IMG/VR virus record: IMGVR_UViG_3300031269_000043
Span: 1-37,045 of that record
Length of the DNA: 37,045 nt
From: a virus
Taxonomy: Duplodnaviria > Caudoviricetes
Reading direction: 5' to 3' (one strand)
The position numbers and the translations under genes are program-made. This document shows, in pieces, positions 23,010 to 32,058 of this stretch; position 1 is the first letter of the stretch; each line of letters starts with the position of its first letter. The notes under the pieces are model-generated. The model saw nothing but the letters and a program-made list of their open reading frames with translations. It was not told where the DNA came from and ran no database searches.

Positions 23010-23814
23010 GGGGGTGGTCCTTCCAGTAGGGGGCGGCGTGGTCAGCGAAAAGGTCGTTCTTGCGGGGCTTGCCGGTGATCTTTCGCGGCCCCTTGTGATG
23101 ATCCATATACTCCCCAAGGAAGCAGTTGACAAACGGATGGCCTCCCCCGGACCGGCGCGGGATGTGCCCTGTCAGGTTGTTCATCCGGCCCCCGGCCACC
23201 TTGGGCCGCGCCATGTCGAACAGGTAGCTGTCGTGCCACTCTCGCTGTTTTCGGAAGTCCCCGCTGGTGTAGAGCCTGACCCATTCTTCCAGCACCGCGC
23301 GGCCCTTGCTCTCCGGCCTTAGACAGAACCATAGGTAACCGCACTCGGTGTATTTGTAGGACCGTCCGAGGGACTGCATGTCGAACTGAGGCGGGGCGAT
23401 TTCGAGAAGGGCGCGCTGATCCACCTTGCGGTGGGTGATGGTATCGGCGTCGAGCCAGATCACGCCCTCATAGGGTTGGGGCAGATGGTCGTTGCGCGTT
23501 GCGAAGTCCCAGAGACAGAACGGCTTGTGGCAGAACTTGATGGCATCGAAGCGGTAGTCATAGGGCTTGCCCCCCGGCGTGCCCGTGCACTCCGGCTTGT
23601 CCTTCCATCGCTTGATGAACTTGGCCTTCTGGGGTTGCGCCCCTGCCATGACGCGGAGGTTGGGGCGTTCGGGTAGGGGCACCGGCTGGTCAGGGTAGAC
23701 GAACAGCGTCACGTCCGAAGGCCAGTGCTTGAGCCATGTGTCGATCATGCGGTGTGCGTATTGATCGAAGCCCGCCGCTGAGAAGGTGGTGACCACCGCC
23801 AGTTTCCGTGTCAT
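22993..23814 (-). CDS. glycosyltransferase-like protein (GT-A, DxD motif)
   Basis: VVTTFS, AIKFCHKPF, IWLDADT, TECG, EWHDSYLF, DHHKG; ATGA-coupled to the terminase gene. Confidence 0.75.
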   Translation of the reverse strand: MTRKLAVVTTFSAAGFDQYAHRMIDTWLKHWPSDVTLFVYPDQPVPLPERPNLRVMAGAQPQKAKFIKRWKDKPECTGTPGGKPYDYRFDAIKFCHKPFCLWDFATRNDHLPQPYEGVIWLDADTITHRKVDQRALLEIAPPQFDMQSLGRSYKYTECGYLWFCLRPESKGRAVLEEWVRLYTSGDFRKQREWHDSYLFDMARPKVAGGRMNNLTGHIPRRSGGGHPFVNCFLGEYMDHHKGPRKITGKPRKNDLFADHAAPYWKDHPHAKTK

Positions 23815-25667
23815 TCGTCTTTCCCCTGTTTCAGCATCAAGCTGGATTGCCGAGGGTCCACCCCCCACTTGACCCAGACCGCGCGCTTGGTCGCCAGCCC
23901 GTAGCAGCACCCCGCTATTGTGTCGGCCAAGTCCTTGGAACTCTCGGTCGGGTGATCCACCTTTTGCTTCTGTGAAATCCAAACGAGGTCTTTCAATTCG
24001 GTGCACGCCAGTTCGCTATCCGGCCCCTCCACCAGCCCGTCAAGGATCAGTTGCTTGGTGAGCATGTAGGGTTCAGGCGTGCGGTCCAGTGACAGGATGC
24101 CAGACGTGATCTGGCTCCGGCGCATGGTCTGAATGAAGTCGGCGGATTGAAAGCCGTCCAAGGACACCCATTTGATTTTGTAGCCCATGTCTCGCAGGAC
24201 GAACACCAGCTTCTTGATCTTGTGGATCGGGATTTGGCTTCCTCCGGTGGGCCGGATACTGAGCATCCCGTCCACGCGGATGCGGGGCAGGGTGTCCTTC
24301 ATCCCGCCGCCCCGGTCTATGACCTTGAAGCCGGGGCAGTGCGCCATGGTGACCGCCGCGTTGTCCATGGACAGGGCGAGGTCCACGTGCAGGTAGCGGT
24401 CCACGTCCGGGTCCGTGATGCCGTGCTTGATGATGCGCGCCCCTTGGGTGGCGAAGTCGCACCAGTCTGGATTGAAAATGTTCTGACGCTTGCCGAACGC
24501 GGCCTTGATGGCGGCGAAGTTGGGGATGAAGTTCGAGAACCCGTGCAGGGCCACGCCAGCGATGTCCTTCACCGCGCCGGGCAGGTCGCTGTCAAAGGCG
24601 TTCCGATAGTCCACCGGCACTTCCATGATGAACGGGGCGTCTCCGGGGTGGACCTTCTCGTGGTCAGGCATGACGCGAGGGCGGCGGGTGCCGTCGCCAA
24701 GGAACACCCGGAAGCGTTCAGGGGAAAAGCGGTCGTCAGGCTGAACCTCCCACGGGCGCTTGTCGTAGACATAGATCGTGGTGTCCCCGTCGCGCTCAAG
24801 CTGGCGGTCGCGTTCCTTGGTCTTGCGGTCGGTGAACTGCCCGGCATAGTTGGCAGAGCCGACGAGGCACAGCATCCCCGGCACCTTGCCGATACGCTGG
24901 AAGCGGCTCTCCCGGCGGCGGCTGATGGCCCGGTAGTTTTCCAGCATCTGGTCGTGGGCCTCACCCCTCTGACGCTTGGCCGATTGCTGGACCACCTTCA
25001 TGTGGTTCACCTCGTCAATCAGGCCCCCGAACACGTTCTCACCGATGGCGGCGGTCTCGGTGCCGGGCAGGGGTTGCACGAACACGGTGCTGTTCTTGAA
25101 CTGGATGGTGGCCTTCTTCTCGGCGTCGTGCGGGGCGTTGATCTGGAACCATGGCGAGTTCTCAAGCATCCTCCGAAAGCGCATATAATCCACGGTGTAG
25201 GCCGTGCCGCCGGTAACCGACTGCATCACGAATGCAATCTCTGAGTTCTGGTCCAGATCGAACTCGTCGTGCGGTGAACGCAAGTTCATCACGCGGTAGA
25301 GATAATAGGCCATGATGCAGAGGGCGGCGGTCGTCTTGCCCGTGCCGATTGCGCCAGTGAGGACAGCCTCGACAAAGTTGCCGGAGCAAGCCTTGATGAT
25401 TTCGGCTTTCAGCTTGGGCCACAGCTTCACGGTGTCACCCATGAAGTAAGGGTCCGTGAAGAACACTTCGGGGCTGACCGGGGGTTCCCGGTATTTCTGC
25501 ATGGCGGCTTGCCGCGCCTCCAAGTCCTCAATCACCGCGATGTAGAACTGCCCCCGGCGGCGGGGGTCCGCCACGTCTTGGCCTGCCTCTATGACCTCGG
25601 GCTTCTCATACTTTTCGAGCAGTATGTCCTCTAGTTCGGCAAGGTGTTGATCCAACTCCGCACTCAC
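23811..25667 (-). CDS. terL: terminase large subunit
   Basis: Walker A GAIGTGKT, Walker B GLIDEVNH, RNase H-like HVDLA...D...DHPTESSKDLAD. Confidence 0.9.
   Translation of the reverse strand: MSAELDQHLAELEDILLEKYEKPEVIEAGQDVADPRRRGQFYIAVIEDLEARQAAMQKYREPPVSPEVFFTDPYFMGDTVKLWPKLKAEIIKACSGNFVEAVLTGAIGTGKTTAALCIMAYYLYRVMNLRSPHDEFDLDQNSEIAFVMQSVTGGTAYTVDYMRFRRMLENSPWFQINAPHDAEKKATIQFKNSTVFVQPLPGTETAAIGENVFGGLIDEVNHMKVVQQSAKRQRGEAHDQMLENYRAISRRRESRFQRIGKVPGMLCLVGSANYAGQFTDRKTKERDRQLERDGDTTIYVYDKRPWEVQPDDRFSPERFRVFLGDGTRRPRVMPDHEKVHPGDAPFIMEVPVDYRNAFDSDLPGAVKDIAGVALHGFSNFIPNFAAIKAAFGKRQNIFNPDWCDFATQGARIIKHGITDPDVDRYLHVDLALSMDNAAVTMAHCPGFKVIDRGGGMKDTLPRIRVDGMLSIRPTGGSQIPIHKIKKLVFVLRDMGYKIKWVSLDGFQSADFIQTMRRSQITSGILSLDRTPEPYMLTKQLILDGLVEGPDSELACTELKDLVWISQKQKVDHPTESSKDLADTIAGCCYGLATKRAVWVKWGVDPRQSSLMLKQGKDE
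25274..25289. repeat. 16-bp palindrome copy 6, GTGAACGCAAGTTCAT (1 mismatch)
   Basis: Seen directly, inside terL. Confidence 0.75.
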
Positions 25668-26107
25668 GCTTCTTCCGCGTCCTCCGCATCGCCAGCGAAG
25701 GTGTCTTTCAGTTGCTCAAGGCGGCTTCGGAACTTGCCGTCGAAGGAGTGTTGGCCCGGCTCGTAGGTGTCCACGATGCCAGAGGGGTCGTTCTCGCGTT
25801 GCTTGGCGAAGTGGTATCCCGCATAGATCAGCATCTTGGTGTCGCCCGCCAGCGCCATGGCCACTTGCTTCTGTCGGATTGCGACAAGGCACTCTGAGCG
25901 CCCCTTGTCATAGGCCGTGCGAAGGTGGGGTTGCCGCATATACTGCCCGACCGCCGCGCGGGTGCAGCCCTCAAGCTGTGCGATGTCGCCCGTGCCCAAG
26001 TTCAAGCGGCCATAAACCTCGAACTTGGCGGGGTTCATTTCCGTATGGTGCGGGTTCTTGGTGCTACGGTTGGGGGGCTTCTGCCCTCCATTGATTGTGA
26101 CAGCCAT
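25664..26107 (-). CDS. probable terminase small subunit
   Basis: Directly upstream of terL with GTGA overlap; HTH-like DIAQLEGCTR, then AYDKGR...IRQKQVAMALAGDTKMLI. Confidence 0.65.
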   Translation of the reverse strand: MAVTINGGQKPPNRSTKNPHHTEMNPAKFEVYGRLNLGTGDIAQLEGCTRAAVGQYMRQPHLRTAYDKGRSECLVAIRQKQVAMALAGDTKMLIYAGYHFAKQRENDPSGIVDTYEPGQHSFDGKFRSRLEQLKDTFAGDAEDAEEA

Positions 26108-26155
26108 CTTAGCCTCACGGGTTTGGGGGGCACGCGGCCCCCTGAGTTTCAGTAT

Positions 26156-26920
26156 TCAGGTTTCAAGGTCTTTGGTGCGGATGTCGTCCAGTTGCGCCGC
26201 CGAAACCCCGTCCACTATTGTGCGGTTCAGCATTGGGTGGTCCTCATGTGAAGGTCCTGTGTCTGTATCCGGGTGGAACACGGACAAGGACATGCCCTCG
26301 GTCCCCTCGGTGCTGAATGCGTGGATAGCGTCCGGGTATAGGATGAACGCGCTACCCGGCACAAGGTCTTTATCCCCGTGCGCCGTCTTGCAGATACCCT
26401 TGCCCGCCAAGATCACCCCGGCCCGGATCGTGGGGTGGGTGTGTGCCGTCTGATTGATGCCCTTGGGGAAGCGCAGGTAGTTCAGGCATGGGTCGCCTTT
26501 GAGCGGGGGTCCGATCAACAGCGTGTCGCTGCACCCATCAATGTATTTCAGACGCCCGAAAGGCTCCGTGGGTCCGCCCACATTGAACAGACATTTGTAG
26601 CCCAGACGCACCACTATCAGGCCCTTGGCCTCGCCCTTGCCGTTGGTGGATACACCTTCGATCAGACAGCTCTTGACGAACGGGATGGAGAAATACTCTC
26701 CGGGTCCGACTGTGAACTTGCGTTCACCCGTGTTCACTTCCAGCTTGCCATCGTAGCAGACGCCATAGGCGCTGTCGTGGTCACCGATATGGCTCTTGTC
26801 GATCAGCAGCGTCCCCTTGGTCATGCCATATACGGTGGAAGGGTGGGTGGTGTCTTGGAAGTCGGCCATAAGCCCGTGGGCAAGCGGCTCTACCATTGCA
26901 ATGGGGCTTTGTTCGTTCAT
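26156..26920 (-). CDS. cupin-domain protein (probable bicupin)
   Basis: QTAHTHPTIRAGVILAGKG...LVPG...IHAF cupin motifs; GRLKYIDGCSDTLLI. Confidence 0.75.
   Translation of the reverse strand: MNEQSPIAMVEPLAHGLMADFQDTTHPSTVYGMTKGTLLIDKSHIGDHDSAYGVCYDGKLEVNTGERKFTVGPGEYFSIPFVKSCLIEGVSTNGKGEAKGLIVVRLGYKCLFNVGGPTEPFGRLKYIDGCSDTLLIGPPLKGDPCLNYLRFPKGINQTAHTHPTIRAGVILAGKGICKTAHGDKDLVPGSAFILYPDAIHAFSTEGTEGMSLSVFHPDTDTGPSHEDHPMLNRTIVDGVSAAQLDDIRTKDLET
26712..26727. repeat. 16-bp palindrome copy 7, GTGAACTTGCGTTCAC
   Basis: Exact reverse complement of copy 3, inside the cupin gene. Confidence 0.88.
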
Positions 26921-27070
26921 GGTCCTATCCTCAATAAAAGTAGTGATGGGTTGCTGGGTCGTTGGGGTCCATCCGGCGCGTGGCTCGCAGGACAGGGTAG
27001 GCGAGGCAGTTTCGCAGTATCCACCCCAGCCACGTGCGCTTCCACCAGAGACGTAAGCGCTTTGCCTTTG

Positions 27071-27604
27071 TTATTCGGGCACCCATGCCTTGTCGAACTC
27101 CGAGTTCTCGATCAGGCGGCTTTGCGGGATGCCCACGCGCAGTGCAAGCCTGACCACTTCTTCCTTCTCCATACCAAGGCGTTGCATGATTTCCTCAGTG
27201 CTTCGCCCTTCATCCACGAGTTGCTGGATAATCTCCGCCATGTTCAGCACGCGGTGCGTCCCGCGCGCCCGGTTGTGCCGGATGGTGGACATCATCTGGT
27301 GTTCGCCGTCATGGGGCTGGACCCTTACCACCGGCACCCGCCCGTCCGTCATGGCGTGCACGCGGGGGTCGTCGGAGCAGGTCCAGCGGTGGAACCCGTC
27401 CACGATTTCCATGTCCGCGTTGATCACGATGGGCTGGGTCCAACCGTCCTCCATGATGGACAGCTTGAGCAGTTCCATTTCAGGGGCGGCGACCTTGTTC
27501 GGGTTGTAGCCGTTGGGTTTCAGCTTGCGCCGATCCATCCATGTGATTTCGTTCAGCGGTTGGGCTTCGACGCCTTGCTTCTTGCCGGGTAGGTTATCGG
27601 TCAT
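27071..27604 (-). CDS. IbrB-like ParB/Srx-domain protein
   Basis: NGYNPNKVAAPEMELLKLSIMEDGWTQPIV...IVDGFHRW...STIRHNRARG. Confidence 0.88.
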   Translation of the reverse strand: MTDNLPGKKQGVEAQPLNEITWMDRRKLKPNGYNPNKVAAPEMELLKLSIMEDGWTQPIVINADMEIVDGFHRWTCSDDPRVHAMTDGRVPVVRVQPHDGEHQMMSTIRHNRARGTHRVLNMAEIIQQLVDEGRSTEEIMQRLGMEKEEVVRLALRVGIPQSRLIENSEFDKAWVPE

Positions 27605-28764
27605 TTCTTCTTCCCATACTTTTCAGTCGCTTCGGCCAAGGTCAGGCCCAGCTTGATCTGTGTCTTTTGCGCGTTCTGTGCCATGTTCTGCTGCACCCTG
27701 CCTTTGAAGTCCCCGCGCACAGCCATTTGAGCAAGGAACCTCCACGACACGCCAGACACCGGGTGCGGATCGTCCGCCGGGATGTTGTCGTTGGTCATGC
27801 GCCCGTGCCGCTTGATCACCGAGTTGATGTTGTCCTGCACCTTGCGGCGGTTCTCCCCGGTGTATGTCTCGATCACGTTGCCCACATGGGTTCGCCAGTC
27901 CGTCCCCACCGGCTTATCCTTGGACAGATAGAGTTCCGTGTTGCCATACCGGGCGGCGGTGGCGGCACCCGGCACCCGATGGATCATCTTCTCCCACATT
28001 TCCGGGAAGCACTCGGCGTATTCATGCAGGCCCCGGAGCGGTTCTTCCCCGAACGGGGGGCACACGCGCTGATGCAGGAATTGCTCGAACTTGCTGGTCC
28101 GATTGAGGATGTCATAGGTGTGGTTGTAGTCGGCATCCAGCTTGGCCACCAGCCGCCACACGTCCTCGGAGGTCCAGTCATAGATCGGATAGGCGAAGGC
28201 GTAGGTGTCGCTTTGGCTCAGGTAGTTTTCTTCCTTCTTCATCGCCACCACGCGATACCGGCGAAGGCTCTCTTGGGTGCGGATGCCTTGAAGGACGCAC
28301 ACGCCGGTGCCCTCGAAGTGAGCCATGCCGAAGTCTTGCATGGACATGCCCCACTCGAACTTCGGGTGGTCCTTGATGCCACACTCCGGCATAGGGCGGG
28401 TCCACAGGTGTTCTTCATCCGGGTGCCACGGGTGCCAGAAGGGTTGCTCGTTGGAGCAGGCGTTCCGGTGCATGATGGGCAGGCAATACCATTCCAGCGC
28501 CACGCGGGGGTCTTGTCGCACCCGATCCACATAGTCGATGGTCGGGGGGTGGATGGCTTCCTCGTCGTAGAAGATCGCCCGGACAGGTAGCTTGCCGCGT
28601 TCCTCGGCCACTCTGATGGTGCAGAGCAGGGTCGCCGTGCTGTCCTTGCCGCCCGAGAACGACACCACCACTTCATCGAACGTGTCATACAGATGGCGGA
28701 TGCGGTCCAGCGCGGCCTTGTAGACGTTCTGATCGGTGTATTCCCGTTTACGAATTTTGACCAC
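27601..28764 (-). CDS. IbrA-like PAPS-reductase-family protein (DUF3440-like)
   Basis: PP-loop SFSGGKDS, DEEA, GIRTQESLRR, YPIYDWTSEDVW, QRVCPPFG; ATGA-coupled to the IbrB-like gene. Confidence 0.88.
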   Translation of the reverse strand: MVKIRKREYTDQNVYKAALDRIRHLYDTFDEVVVSFSGGKDSTATLLCTIRVAEERGKLPVRAIFYDEEAIHPPTIDYVDRVRQDPRVALEWYCLPIMHRNACSNEQPFWHPWHPDEEHLWTRPMPECGIKDHPKFEWGMSMQDFGMAHFEGTGVCVLQGIRTQESLRRYRVVAMKKEENYLSQSDTYAFAYPIYDWTSEDVWRLVAKLDADYNHTYDILNRTSKFEQFLHQRVCPPFGEEPLRGLHEYAECFPEMWEKMIHRVPGAATAARYGNTELYLSKDKPVGTDWRTHVGNVIETYTGENRRKVQDNINSVIKRHGRMTNDNIPADDPHPVSGVSWRFLAQMAVRGDFKGRVQQNMAQNAQKTQIKLGLTLAEATEKYGKKK

Positions 28765-29389
28765 TGGCCACCCCCATGGCGATGATGAACGCCTCACTAT
28801 AGTTCTTGGCTTCCCCGGCCTTGATCAAGGCGCGCAGGTGGGCGAACGCGGCCTTCTTTGCCGCCGCCGGGACCACCACGCTGAACTGCACCATGCCGTC
28901 AGAGGTCTTGCTCGGTTCCTTGGTGATGAAGTTCTTGGGGGCCGCGTCGTCCGCCCCTTCAATCGGGATGGTGAACAGTTCGTTGGTGTTGCCCCCGAGG
29001 ATGCCGTCAAGCTGGAAGTCCGGGAAGGCCAGCACGTCCAGTTCAAAGTCCCCGGCCTGTAGCATGGCGATCTGCTCACGCAGGATGTCGTCGTCCCATG
29101 TGGAGTTCTCTGCCAGCTTGTTGTCCGCGATCTGGTAGGCGATCTTCTGTTCCTCAGACCACCCGGTTGCCACCTTGCAGGGAGCTTCGGCCCAGCCCAG
29201 AAGGGTGGCGGCGCGGACGCGGGCGTGACCGGCGATCAGCACCCCTTCTTCATCCACCAGCACAGGCATGGTCCACCCGAACTGTTCAAGGCTCGCGGCG
29301 ATCTGTTTGATCTGATCATCGGAGTGCAGGCGGGAGTTGTGTTTGGCGGGGGTCAGGGCCTCAATAGGCCGCGTCTCTGTCTGATACAT
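28748..29389 (-). CDS. ParB-N-domain protein
   Basis: NSRLHSDDQIKQIAASLEQFGWTMPVLVD...IAGHARV...IADNKLAENSTWD. Confidence 0.88.
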   Translation of the reverse strand: MYQTETRPIEALTPAKHNSRLHSDDQIKQIAASLEQFGWTMPVLVDEEGVLIAGHARVRAATLLGWAEAPCKVATGWSEEQKIAYQIADNKLAENSTWDDDILREQIAMLQAGDFELDVLAFPDFQLDGILGGNTNELFTIPIEGADDAAPKNFITKEPSKTSDGMVQFSVVVPAAAKKAAFAHLRALIKAGEAKNYSEAFIIAMGVASGQNS

Positions 29390-29391
29390 GG

Positions 29392-30012
29392 TCACCCCTT
29401 GCAAAGATGGAGTAGGGCCTGTGAGCGGTTGGCTAGGCCGTTCTCCGCCATGATCTTATCCAGCCGCTTGAACACCTTGGTCCGGGAGGGTGCCGCCATG
29501 TGGAACGTCAGGGAAATATAGTTGGGGTCCGCCTCGTTGCCCGCGTCCGCCAGTGCCGTCTTGTTCGGCCCCTTATCCCCGCTGGCCTCTTTCAGTATCT
29601 TGGCCACCACCCCCATCTCAAATCCGGTGAACGCAAGTTCAAATCCGTCCTCGGTCAGCTTGTCAAACTCCACCGCCAGCGCGGCGTTGTCCCAATCCGC
29701 GAACTCGGCGCTCTTGTTCATGGCCAGCCGTAGCGCCCGGACTTCGGTATCCGGCATGTCGCCCACGTCCAGCGCGGGAACCGAAGTCATGCCGATCTTC
29801 CTCGCCGCCTTCAAGCGTAGGTGGCCGTCCACCACGTGATCGCCTTTCACAAGGATGGGTTGTCGGAACCCGAACTTGTTGATCAGGTCCACCATGGCGG
29901 GCACGGCGGCGTCGTTCTTGCGGGGGTTGTTCTCGTATTCGATCAGGTCGGCCACGTTCTTTGTGACGACTTTCAGGGGCGCGGGTTTCTTAGCGCCAAG
30001 ATTGACTGCCAT
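29392..30012 (-). CDS. ParB-N-domain protein
   Basis: YENNPRKND...FGFRQPIL...VVDGHLRLKAA...LAMNKSAEFADWD; C-terminal ribbon-helix-helix-like segment. Confidence 0.88.
   Translation of the reverse strand: MAVNLGAKKPAPLKVVTKNVADLIEYENNPRKNDAAVPAMVDLINKFGFRQPILVKGDHVVDGHLRLKAARKIGMTSVPALDVGDMPDTEVRALRLAMNKSAEFADWDNAALAVEFDKLTEDGFELAFTGFEMGVVAKILKEASGDKGPNKTALADAGNEADPNYISLTFHMAAPSRTKVFKRLDKIMAENGLANRSQALLHLCKG
29627..29642. repeat. 16-bp palindrome copy 8, GTGAACGCAAGTTCAA (1 mismatch)
   Basis: Seen directly, inside a ParB-N gene. Confidence 0.75.
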
Positions 30013-30065
30013 GGGGGATGCCTCATATCCGGGTTCACCCATTATTGTGCACTTCGCGTCGTTCG

Positions 30066-30443
30066 TCAATCGCTCTTGGTAAACGAGGCTTCCAGATAGG
30101 CCAGCGCCTTCATGGTCAGTTCGTGCATGAGCATCTTGGCGAGTTCGTCCAGAAAGGGCTGTAGTCCCCCTGTATGAGTGGCGTGTTCCATTGTGCTAAA
30201 TGGCACGGCCACGGTAGTGTAGTGCGACGGGATTTTCATGGCCACCTTGAACTCTTGGCTGGTGATGTCCTTGTCAATCTCAAAAGAGGGGTGCACGCCC
30301 CCACCGGATACCTTGCTTTCAAGCGCGGCAAAGTCCATTCCGACGATGTTGGATTTCATCGGCTTTGGTATGTTATGCACCCCGGCCTTGGGCTTCGGCT
30401 CACCCCCATAGCTGATACAGGGGTCTATCCATTTGATGGGCAT
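30066..30443 (-). CDS. hypothetical protein
   Basis: TAATG coupling with the upstream gene. Confidence 0.65.
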   Translation of the reverse strand: MPIKWIDPCISYGGEPKPKAGVHNIPKPMKSNIVGMDFAALESKVSGGGVHPSFEIDKDITSQEFKVAMKIPSHYTTVAVPFSTMEHATHTGGLQPFLDELAKMLMHELTMKALAYLEASFTKSD

Positions 30444-30760
30444 TAGTCCTCAACCCCCGGCACCGGGTTGCGGACCGTGTAGGCCCTCAGCTTGCCAGCC
30501 TGCCCCGATAGCGGGTGTTCAGGGGGCACCACCATGGAACCCGTTATGGCACGCGCAGAGCGGAAGGACACGGCGTCTACGTTGACCCAATCTGCCCTCA
30601 GTTCCTTGCCATCCATGGTTTCAAAATACAGGCCGTCCTCTAGTGACGACTGTTCACCATCATAGATGCCTTCAAACGCGCGACCGCTATTGGTGGTGAT
30701 CCTAAGCATTTGCCCGTCCACCATGCGGTTCAGATGCTCCATTGCATCCCTTTGGTCCAT
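30443..30760 (-). CDS. hypothetical protein, possible Sm/SH3-like fold
   Basis: AGGAGG RBS; GQMLRITTNSGRAFEGIY pattern. Confidence 0.65.
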   Translation of the reverse strand: MDQRDAMEHLNRMVDGQMLRITTNSGRAFEGIYDGEQSSLEDGLYFETMDGKELRADWVNVDAVSFRSARAITGSMVVPPEHPLSGQAGKLRAYTVRNPVPGVED

Positions 30761-30775
30761 TATAGCCTCCTATTG

Positions 30776-30804
30776 AAAAAGGGGGTCCAGTTGCCCGAAC
30801 CCCC
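30776..30804 (-). terminator. intrinsic terminator
   Basis: GGGGGTTCGG-GCAA-CTGGACCCCC followed by TTTTT. Confidence 0.85.
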
Positions 30805-30837
30805 TACTCACCGTCGCCTCGTCAAAAGGGGGGCTGA

Positions 30838-31995
30838 TCACTCAGCGGCGGCTTGTCCTTCGGGCAGTTGCACGTTGATGTCCACGTCAGGCCATACCCC
30901 GCCCACGGCTTCCAGCACCACTAGCAGGCCATCAATGCCTTGGTCTGCGTTCATCTTGCTGAACACGTTGATCATCCCGGCCACGCTCGTATCGGGCAGG
31001 ACGTTGCCCACGGTCGTGTCGGTCGGGGGCTTGCCGGTGAAGCTGGCGCAGATCAGGTCCAGCGCCGCGCCGGTGCTTTCTACGTTGCCCTCAGCCTTGG
31101 CCTTTTCTATTGCCGCGTTCACGCTCTCTTTCTGGTCCGGGTAGAGGTTGAACAGTTTGGATTGCGGCTTGGGTTTGTCCTCACCTTCGGTGGTAGGCGG
31201 CGGGAGTGCCCCGGCTTGCTTGGCATTGTAGGCCCGGATTTGTTCGATCAAGGACACGTGAGTGGACGACGCGGCGGCTTCCAGCCATTGCTTGTAATTC
31301 TCCGGCGTCATGACCTGAACGATGTAGCGCAAGGCTGACCACGACACGCCCTTGAGTTCCTTGGCTTCGATGCCAATTTCCTGCACCGCCTTGGCGTTGC
31401 TAATAAGGAACATCGCCTTGCGATAGTGCAGGCCAGTGTGCGCCGCCAGATACTCGCGCATGTTGTCGTATCCGAGGGTGATGTAGTGTTCGGAGTGCTG
31501 GATATGCGCCAGCAAGATGCCCATGCGCAGATGCTCATATTCCAGATTGTCTTCGATCTGGCGAAGGTTTGTATCGCTGTCCTGTGCACTCAGACCGGCC
31601 ACGTCCGCGACGATCTGGTGGAACGCGCCTTCCACGAATTGAGGAACCGGGCCTTCGGCGGTGGCCACAGACAGACCGGTGTCGGTGGCGGGGGGCACTG
31701 TCTGAGGGGCTTCCTCAGCCGCGCCGCCGCCGCCTTCGAGGTAGGGCAGGTCGCCTTGCTCCCATTCCGAGAAGTCGCTGGCCGTGCCGGTCTGATCGCC
31801 GTAGAACACGACGAACTCTTTACGGGCTTCCTTGTTGCCCTCAAGCATGGCCTTGAAGGCTTCGCGCTTTTCACCGGCCTTGATCTTGGTCCAGTTTTCG
31901 ATGGTGCCGGTGGTGGCTTCTTTTTCCTTGAGAAACTTGCTCAAGGCCGTGATCGCCAGTTCAGAAACGGCGCTCGAATACATCAGGGATTGCAT
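30838..31995 (-). CDS. hypothetical protein with central HTH-like region, monocistronic
   Basis: Own promoter, GGAGAGGA RBS and terminator; GYDNMREYLAAHTGLHYRKAMFLI segment. Confidence 0.8.
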   Translation of the reverse strand: MQSLMYSSAVSELAITALSKFLKEKEATTGTIENWTKIKAGEKREAFKAMLEGNKEARKEFVVFYGDQTGTASDFSEWEQGDLPYLEGGGGAAEEAPQTVPPATDTGLSVATAEGPVPQFVEGAFHQIVADVAGLSAQDSDTNLRQIEDNLEYEHLRMGILLAHIQHSEHYITLGYDNMREYLAAHTGLHYRKAMFLISNAKAVQEIGIEAKELKGVSWSALRYIVQVMTPENYKQWLEAAASSTHVSLIEQIRAYNAKQAGALPPPTTEGEDKPKPQSKLFNLYPDQKESVNAAIEKAKAEGNVESTGAALDLICASFTGKPPTDTTVGNVLPDTSVAGMINVFSKMNADQGIDGLLVVLEAVGGVWPDVDINVQLPEGQAAAE

Positions 31996-32028
31996 GGTGT
32001 CCTCTCCATTTGCGTGGTTGCAAACTCC

Positions 32029-32058
32029 GGGATACACGCCCGGAATAAGTTTGTCAAC
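32029..32058 (-). promoter_or_regulatory. GTTGACAAAC-type promoter TTGACA-17-TATCCC
   Basis: The -35 contains the stop codon of the RuvC-like gene. Confidence 0.7.

Noticed and set aside
23125-23134. Plus-strand GTTGACAAAC as an antisense promoter
   Set aside because: No -10-like hexamer at 16-18 bp, and it lies within glycosyltransferase codons.
3130-28590. Long plus-strand ORFs (for example 3130-3939, 4316-5104, 5659-6792, 20458-21465, 24147-25244, 26378-27592, 27667-28590)
   Set aside because: They are antisense shadows of well-supported minus-strand genes in GC-rich DNA, with no motifs or expression signals.
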